DNA of 45,382 bases from NCBI GenBank assembly GCA_032161105.1, contig JAVHTD010000024.1; one strand, given 5' to 3'. A program made the translations under genes and the position numbers. The stretch comes from Candidatus Thermosaccharophagus tengchongensis. GTDB taxonomy: Bacteria; Armatimonadota; Fervidibacteria; Fervidibacterales; Thermosaccharophagaceae. Positions 39,227 to 45,382 of the stretch are shown piece by piece. The notes under the pieces were generated by a model. That model saw only the letters and a list, made by a program, of their open reading frames with translations. It was not told the DNA's origin and searched no databases. Each line of letters opens with the position of its first letter. Position 1 is the first letter of the stretch.

Positions 39227-41401
39227 TCATTCAACCCAAATTGCCTCCCGTTCAATTCCGATGCGCCTATAGCGCACTGGCAGGTGTATGCGCATCCTCT
39301 CAATCGCTGTTGACTTGAGTTTGGCGGCTTGTGGCTTGTAATGGGGTTTAATGCCCATCGGTTTGTTTCCCGATGCGAGCGCAGCCGCATGCTCTTTCGC
39401 CCACTTAGGCATCCATTCGTGACGCCTCATTGCCTCGTCAAACAACTTCACAGCGCCCTGAACATCGCCCTCGAGCTCTCTTTGAAGCGCTTCAACGCAT
39501 TGCACGCATGAGCGATAATACTCATTTGATGGGTCTAACGAGAGCGCCCTTGAAAAGCACTTGAAAGCTGCATCAACCAGCTGATGAGCCCTTCCCCCGC
39601 TTTCACCCTCAAGTTTATCAAGGCGATTTGACCACGAGCCAATCAGGTGTTTGAGTTCAAGCAGGTTGAGCTGCCCCAAATTGTGCCAGTGCAAAGGGTC
39701 GCCATCAAAGCACAACAGCGAACGCTTATACATCCTCATCGCGGCTTCGGCATCATCACGGTAAAGCATCAAGCCGAGCTGACCAGCGTAGTAAGCATTT
39801 TTCGGGTCAAGCCCAATTGAGCGCCTCAGCATCCTGATGGCTTCTGAGCCACTGCGTTTCATGGCTGCCGAGAAGAAGAAGTGAGCGGCATCAAAGCGCA
39901 CAAGGAACACCAAGAGCGCAGCGACTGATAGAGCCATTGCCGCCTTAGCAGTTCGCCATAGCCATTTTGCTCTCGGCACCACAGCGCATTCACAATTGCT
40001 TTTCCTCACATCAGCAGCGCACATCCCAAGGAGAGCCATGAAGGCGCACATTATCGCCGGTATCTCAAGCTCCGAATTGCCAACTGAACTGACGAGGAAA
40101 CCTATACACGCACACCATGATGCAACCCTGTATGCATTTACAGCGTTGCGAGCAATGTTGTGGATATGCCTGTAACCGTTGAGGAGGCAAACCAACAGTG
40201 CGATGCACATGAGTAAAAGCCCAACTGCGCCGACTTCCGATGCAATGTGCAGATACAAGTTGTGCGGATGAAGGAAGATCTCTCTGACACCGCCCTGTGG
40301 AATGAACTTCGGATATGCAAGCGGGTAGCATCCGGCACCGTATCCGGTCAGCCATCTGTCCGCGACCATAAGCGCTGTGTATCTCCACATTGCGATGCGG
40401 TTGTAGACGCTGATATCAATATGCGTGAACATGGCGATTAAGCGCCTTATCACCCAATTGCCGGGCACAAGCAATGCGCCAATCAACAGGGCTGCAAATG
40501 AAGCTGCGATGGCTGGCACAAGACGCACATGGAGCATGCTCACCGTCGCTTCACTTCTCCACTTGAGAGCGATGGCGAGGAATGAGATCGCCAAAGTGAA
40601 CATGCCGATGTAGCCCGACCTTGAGCAAGTGAGCAGCAGGCAGAATGTGGTAATCAATGCCCCGAGCACCCCAATGAACGCGATTGTTGAATGCGCCCAT
40701 GCGTTGCCTTTGGCTCGCTTTCGTTCTTCAGCAATCATGGCGAGCCACATCGGCAAACACAGGACGAGAAACACCGCAAGGTCATTTGGGTGATTCAGCG
40801 TGCCGAAGATGACACGCTCAAATGGCTCTCCCGGCGGGCGCCTCGGAAGCCAAGTCACCCACTGGACAAGTGACAGCACCACCTCAAATGCGCATGCAGT
40901 TAGCAAGCTCATAGCGATGCATCTTATGCCATCCTCTTCTTCTGCGGTGCGCCATGCGACCGCAAAGACGGCGAGATACATAAGGCGTTGCATCACCACT
41001 TCAAAGCTGAGGCGAGGGTAGATGGAGAGCGCTGAGGTTAAAAGATACCAAACGGCTAACGAACTCACCAGCGTTAGCTTGAGCGCATCGCTCTTGTTCT
41101 GGCGAAGGAAAAGAGGCATGCCAATCCACATGGCAAAGCAGATGATGTGATTGAGCAATGATGTCATGGGCATGAACAGTGCCTTAACGGTGCCACCGAT
41201 GATGAACATGTAGAGCATGAAGTTGAGCCAAAGAAGACAAAGCCTCATTGCCTCTCTCACCACGCTCACTTGCAATGCCGAATCAACCTGTGCATTCCCT
41301 GATGCGCTGCCAGTTTCCCTCATCGGCATGATGCCAATGTTGCGTTTGCCTTGCAGATGAAGCTGCCATTGGTGAACCCTCATCGGCATTTGACACATCA
41401 T
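39227..41401 (-). CDS. O-antigen ligase (Wzy_C) family membrane protein with C-terminal TPR repeats
   Basis: GTLNHPN, SRSGYIG, R...W......D..LTG.G.G, HPHNLYL...E.G; TPR motifs (LDPKNA, HWHNLG, LSLDPSN). Start uncertain (41401 overlaps the upstream stop; 41248 is an alternative). Confidence 0.85.
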   Translation of the reverse strand: MMCQMPMRVHQWQLHLQGKRNIGIMPMRETGSASGNAQVDSALQVSVVREAMRLCLLWLNFMLYMFIIGGTVKALFMPMTSLLNHIICFAMWIGMPLFLRQNKSDALKLTLVSSLAVWYLLTSALSIYPRLSFEVVMQRLMYLAVFAVAWRTAEEEDGIRCIAMSLLTACAFEVVLSLVQWVTWLPRRPPGEPFERVIFGTLNHPNDLAVFLVLCLPMWLAMIAEERKRAKGNAWAHSTIAFIGVLGALITTFCLLLTCSRSGYIGMFTLAISFLAIALKWRSEATVSMLHVRLVPAIAASFAALLIGALLVPGNWVIRRLIAMFTHIDISVYNRIAMWRYTALMVADRWLTGYGAGCYPLAYPKFIPQGGVREIFLHPHNLYLHIASEVGAVGLLLMCIALLVCLLNGYRHIHNIARNAVNAYRVASWCACIGFLVSSVGNSELEIPAIMCAFMALLGMCAADVRKSNCECAVVPRAKWLWRTAKAAMALSVAALLVFLVRFDAAHFFFSAAMKRSGSEAIRMLRRSIGLDPKNAYYAGQLGLMLYRDDAEAAMRMYKRSLLCFDGDPLHWHNLGQLNLLELKHLIGSWSNRLDKLEGESGGRAHQLVDAAFKCFSRALSLDPSNEYYRSCVQCVEALQRELEGDVQGAVKLFDEAMRRHEWMPKWAKEHAAALASGNKPMGIKPHYKPQAAKLKSTAIERMRIHLPVRYRRIGIEREAIWVE

Positions 41402-42216
41402 TCACGCACATGTGCCTTGATGCCGCTTTCCTCAAGCAGCTGGATAATGTGAGCTGCGGCTGAGTTTAGCTCATTATCAATCCGCTCCCTGCAGTCCGAT
41501 GACATTGATAGCGTTATCCTGAGCTTGACATCGTGTCCGAAGCGCGAAGCCCTTGATTTGACATACACATTTGGGTGAGATGAAGACACCCTGCTTACGA
41601 TCGGAGCAAGCTTTGATTCATCGCACAAGTCTGCGATCACCTCAATGAGCTTGAAGTAAGCCCTCCCAAGAAGCTTTTGTAGCAGCGGTGGCAGTGTGTT
41701 CTCCCAAATGCCCTTGAGCTCGTTTGGCACCCCGGGAAGGCAAAGGACAACCTGACCATGTTGCCACTCAAGCCAAACCCCCGGAGCAGTCCCAACCGGA
41801 TTGAAAATTGGTATTGCGCCCTCTGGGAGTATCGCCATCTTCTTTCTCGGTTCGGTCATTTCGGCGCTCTCAACTAACCCTTCGCTCGCGAGCTGTGAAT
41901 ATCGCTCATGCACCATCTTGAACGCCTCTTCGTTGAGCACCAACTCCGTCCCAAATGCCTTCGCCACAGCCTTCAATGTTTGGTCATCATCAGTTGGGCC
42001 GAGTCCGCCAGTCGTGATGAGCAATGTGCGTTTGCGTGCAGCAGCTGAGCGCAGCTCATCTGCAACGACATCAACATCGTCTGGGAGCATGACAGCCCTG
42101 CACACCTTCACGCCCAAACCGGTTAACTGCTTGCACAGGTAGTTTGTATTCGTGTCCAAGACATCGCCGAGCAGCAATTCGTTCCCGATGGCAAAAATCT
42201 CGGCAGTCCTTTGCAT
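41398..42216 (-). CDS. CinA-like protein (molybdopterin-binding/COG1058 domain, without the PncC domain)
   Basis: IGNELLLG...DTN, TTGGLGPT.DD.T, NPVGTAPG, LPGVP.E. Confidence 0.88.
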   Translation of the reverse strand: MQRTAEIFAIGNELLLGDVLDTNTNYLCKQLTGLGVKVCRAVMLPDDVDVVADELRSAAARKRTLLITTGGLGPTDDDQTLKAVAKAFGTELVLNEEAFKMVHERYSQLASEGLVESAEMTEPRKKMAILPEGAIPIFNPVGTAPGVWLEWQHGQVVLCLPGVPNELKGIWENTLPPLLQKLLGRAYFKLIEVIADLCDESKLAPIVSRVSSSHPNVYVKSRASRFGHDVKLRITLSMSSDCRERIDNELNSAAAHIIQLLEESGIKAHVRE

Positions 42217-42489
42217 CCCGCCATCACCTCGGGCACGCTTGTGTGGTGCTGTGAGCCATTGCAAAGGATGATGCAAGTTGTGTCGTGCTAAAATGGACAT
42301 GGTCAGGATGAGAATTTGCAGCCATCATTCCTTTTGGTTAGATGTGTCATCATGCAATGCACCGGCTTGACAATGGTTGTGTGTGGCATCTGGGCATCAA
42401 TTTAACCTTCCGTTGGCAGCGAGCCCGCATCTCTGCGTGATTCCGCGAGGGTTGATAAATTGCAATTGCATCAAAGGTCGGTGGAGCAA

Positions 42490-43764
42490 ATGACGAAGTA
42501 TAAAGCGCCGAGAGGGACAAAGGATGTGCTTCCCGATGAGATTCCGGAGTGGCGGTTCGTTGAGGAGACATTTAGGCATGTGTGCTCGCTATATGGCTAC
42601 AGGGAGATACGCACGCCTGCGTTTGAGGAGACCGAATTGTTTGTGCGCACGGCTGGCGAATCTTCCGATATCGTCACAAAGCAGATGTATACCTTTTCCG
42701 ACCCCGGTGGTGAGAGCTACACGCTTCGCCCCGAGGGAACTGCGCCGACTGTGCGCGCATTCATTCAGCACAACCTCGGATACGGGATGCCCGTCATCAA
42801 GCTGTTTTACATAGCGCCGATTTTCCGATATGAGCGTCCGCAGGCTGGCAGGCTGAGGCAGCATCATCAGTGCGGGATTGAGGTGCTCGGCTCAGGTGAC
42901 CCGGCAGTGGATGCCGAAGTGATAGCGCTCGGTGTTGACTTCCTCAGCAGGGTTGAGGTGAGCGGATACGAAATCCACATCAACTCAGTTGGGTGTCTGA
43001 GGTGCCGCCCGGCATACAGGCAGGCTCTCGTCAAGTTCTTAGAGCCGCACGAGGGCGGGCTGTGCGAGGATTGCAAGCGCAGGCTCAAAATCAACCCGCT
43101 GCGCGCTCTTGATTGCAAGGAGGAAAGCTGCAGGGCAATAACGGCGTCAGCGCCGAGCATACTCGCATACCTTTGCGAGGAATGCAGGGCGCACTTTGAA
43201 AGCGTCCTCAGTTACCTTGAGGGTGTAGGGATAGAATTCATCGTTGACAGCAGGCTCGTTCGCGGCTTGGATTACTACACTAAGACGACATTTGAGTTCC
43301 TGCATCCGTCACTCGGCGCACAAAGCGCCGTGCTTGCTGGTGGGCGATATGATGGCTTGGTTGAGGAGTGCGGCGGGAAGCCAACTCCGGGCATCGGCTT
43401 CGGATGCGGCATTGAGAGGGTGCTCATGCTGCGCCGAAATTGCAATCTGAGGAAGGAAGAGGGTAGCATCGTTGATGTCTTTGTCTGCGCCGTCGGCGAC
43501 GGCATTCGCCAGCACGCATTCAAATTGCTTCAGCAACTGAGGGGTGCTGGAGTGCGTGCCGACATGGACTATCTCGGAAGGAGTTTAAAGGCGCAAATGC
43601 GCTTCGCCGATAGGCTTGGGGCAACCTATGCCATCATCATCGGTGATGAGGAGCTCTCAAACGGCGTTGCAACTGTAAGGGCGATGAAGGAGAGCAAGCA
43701 GCAACAAGTCCCTTTTGGGGAGCTCATTGACTACCTGCGTTCATTGGGGGAAGGAAAATCATGA
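42490..43764 (+). CDS. hisS: Histidine--tRNA ligase
   Basis: APRGT.D, LRPEGTA, FRYERPQAGR.RQ, LVRGLDYY, GGRYDGL, GFGCGIER. Confidence 0.98.
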   Translation: MTKYKAPRGTKDVLPDEIPEWRFVEETFRHVCSLYGYREIRTPAFEETELFVRTAGESSDIVTKQMYTFSDPGGESYTLRPEGTAPTVRAFIQHNLGYGMPVIKLFYIAPIFRYERPQAGRLRQHHQCGIEVLGSGDPAVDAEVIALGVDFLSRVEVSGYEIHINSVGCLRCRPAYRQALVKFLEPHEGGLCEDCKRRLKINPLRALDCKEESCRAITASAPSILAYLCEECRAHFESVLSYLEGVGIEFIVDSRLVRGLDYYTKTTFEFLHPSLGAQSAVLAGGRYDGLVEECGGKPTPGIGFGCGIERVLMLRRNCNLRKEEGSIVDVFVCAVGDGIRQHAFKLLQQLRGAGVRADMDYLGRSLKAQMRFADRLGATYAIIIGDEELSNGVATVRAMKESKQQQVPFGELIDYLRSLGEGKS

Positions 43765-45382
43765 TGCGCACGCACTGGTGCGGTGAACTGCGTCCGCAGC
43801 ACATCGGACAAAGGGTGAGGGTGTGCGGATGGGCAAACAGGGTGAGGGATCACGGCGGCGTCATCTTCATTGATCTCCGTGACAGGAGTGGCATCGTCCA
43901 AACCGTTTTTGACCCGTCAACATGCCCAACAGAGGTGCACAGGTTAGCGTCAGAGGTTGGAAATGAGTATGTGCTGCTCATTGAGGGTGAGGTCGTGCGA
44001 CGCCCGCCCGGGACGGAGAACCCGAAGTTGCCCACGGGCGAAATTGAGGTGCGCGGTGAGAGGATTGAGGTGTTGAGTGGCTCAAAGCCGCTGCCCTTCC
44101 CGCTAACTTCGGATGATGCCGATGAGATGGTGCGCCTGAAGCACCGCTACCTTGACCTGCGCCGGCAGAAGATGCAAAGGATTCTTGAGCTGCGCTACAG
44201 GTTTACGAAGGCGATAAGGGATTTCATGGATGGCGAGGGGTTCTGGGAGATTGAGACGCCGATACTTTGGAAGCACACGCCCGAGGGGGCAAGGGAGTTC
44301 ATCGTCCCATCAAGGCTTCATCCGGGCAAGTTCTATGTGCTTCCGCAATCGCCGCAGCTTTGCAAGCAGCTGTTGATGGTCGCGGGCATTGAGAGGTATT
44401 TTCAAATTGCGAGGTGCTTCAGGGACGAAGACCCGCGTGCGGATAGGCAGCTTGAGTTCACACAGGTTGACATTGAAATGTCGTTCATCACCCGTGAGGA
44501 TATTTTTGACCTCGTTGAGCGCATGCTCGCATACGCATTTGAGCAAGTGCTCGGTATCAGGATTGAAACGCCATTTCCGAGGATGAGCTACAGCGATGCG
44601 ATTGAACGCTACGGGACGGATAAGCCAGACTTGCGCTTCGGAATGGAGATAGCCGACATAACCGACATCGCCTCCAACAGCTCGTTCAAGGTCTTCTCAC
44701 AGGTTGTTTCAAGCGGCGGCAGGGTTAAAGCGCTCAACTCAATTGGCTGTGCGAGCTTCTCACGAAAGGATGTGGCGGAGTTAACCGATATAGCCAAGCG
44801 CGCCGGTGCAAAGGGCTTAGCCACAATCGCTGTCGGGGAGAGCGAGGTTCATTCGCATGTCGCTAAGTTCTTGAGCGATGAGGAGCTGAAAGCCATATTT
44901 GAGCGCTTGGGTGCGAAGGCGGGCGATCTAATTCTCATCGTCGCAGATAGGGCTGAGTTGGCGTGCGCTGTGTTGGGGTTGCTCCGAAAGCATATTGCGG
45001 CGAAGCTGAAGTTGACTCCATATGGCACTTGGAGGTTTGTTTGGGTGATTGACTTCCCATTGCTCCAATGGGATGAAGAGGAGGGGCGCTACACGCCCGT
45101 GCATCATCCATTCACATCGCCTTTGCCGGAGGATGAGCATTTGTTGATTGAGGGGATAAACTCGCCATTGCCAAAGGGGCATCCCGAACATCCGCTTGGC
45201 AGGGTCAGGGCTAACGCCTATGACATCGTCCTCAACGGATACGAGATTGGCGGTGGGAGCATAAGGATTCACAGGCGCCAACTTCAAGAGGCGCTGTTTA
45301 AGGCGATAGATTTGCCTATGGAGGAGGCTTATCAGAAATTCGGCTTCCTGCTTGAGGCTTTTGAGTATGGTGCACCACCGCA
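43761..45382 (+). CDS. aspS: Aspartate--tRNA ligase, probably non-discriminating (3' end outside window; absent from the ORF track)
   Basis: Manual translation: MMRTHWCGELR, RDHGGVIFIDLRD, TPEGAREF, LPQSPQ..KQLLM, YFQIARCFRDED.RADRQ.EFTQ.D.E, YDIVLNG.EIGGGSIRIH, YGAPP. Confidence 0.97.
   Translation, partial: MMRTHWCGELRPQHIGQRVRVCGWANRVRDHGGVIFIDLRDRSGIVQTVFDPSTCPTEVHRLASEVGNEYVLLIEGEVVRRPPGTENPKLPTGEIEVRGERIEVLSGSKPLPFPLTSDDADEMVRLKHRYLDLRRQKMQRILELRYRFTKAIRDFMDGEGFWEIETPILWKHTPEGAREFIVPSRLHPGKFYVLPQSPQLCKQLLMVAGIERYFQIARCFRDEDPRADRQLEFTQVDIEMSFITREDIFDLVERMLAYAFEQVLGIRIETPFPRMSYSDAIERYGTDKPDLRFGMEIADITDIASNSSFKVFSQVVSSGGRVKALNSIGCASFSRKDVAELTDIAKRAGAKGLATIAVGESEVHSHVAKFLSDEELKAIFERLGAKAGDLILIVADRAELACAVLGLLRKHIAAKLKLTPYGTWRFVWVIDFPLLQWDEEEGRYTPVHHPFTSPLPEDEHLLIEGINSPLPKGHPEHPLGRVRANAYDIVLNGYEIGGGSIRIHRRQLQEALFKAIDLPMEEAYQKFGFLLEAFEYGAPP

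Overview
A 45.4-kb, mostly housekeeping window from a thermophilic diderm bacterium. It is most likely Armatimonadota (Fervidibacteria-like); this is inferred from a reverse gyrase C-terminus, a DUF1559-type prepilin, an outer-membrane beta-barrel and GC-rich tRNA stems. Housekeeping content: translation genes (thrS-infC-rpmI-rplT-TrmH-pheS, ffh-rpsP-khpA-rimM, hisS-aspS), three tRNAs, argD, dapB, ahcY, an orphan cheB and an orphan Flp pilin. Envelope-glycan content: Wzt-like ATPase, GT2, GT-C-like protein, O-antigen ligase/TPR protein and a WecA-like/TagA fusion. The main accessory locus (31.3-39.1 kb) is a DUF1559 pilin-like gene, a 1342-aa secreted CBM9-like/FlgD-Ig/beta-propeller protein and a second secreted propeller protein, interrupted by a DUF6922-AbiEii toxin-antitoxin pair. 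Best leads: (i) this pilin plus sugar-binding-propeller module; (ii) a catalytically degenerate WecA/TagO domain fused to an intact TagA glycosyltransferase; (iii) two unannotated highly structured non-coding elements, one after reverse gyrase and one in the long OMP leader; (iv) apparent near-total avoidance of TCGA, CTAG, GTAC and ACGT; (v) an ATC start codon for infC. All calls come from reading motifs by eye; no database searches were run.
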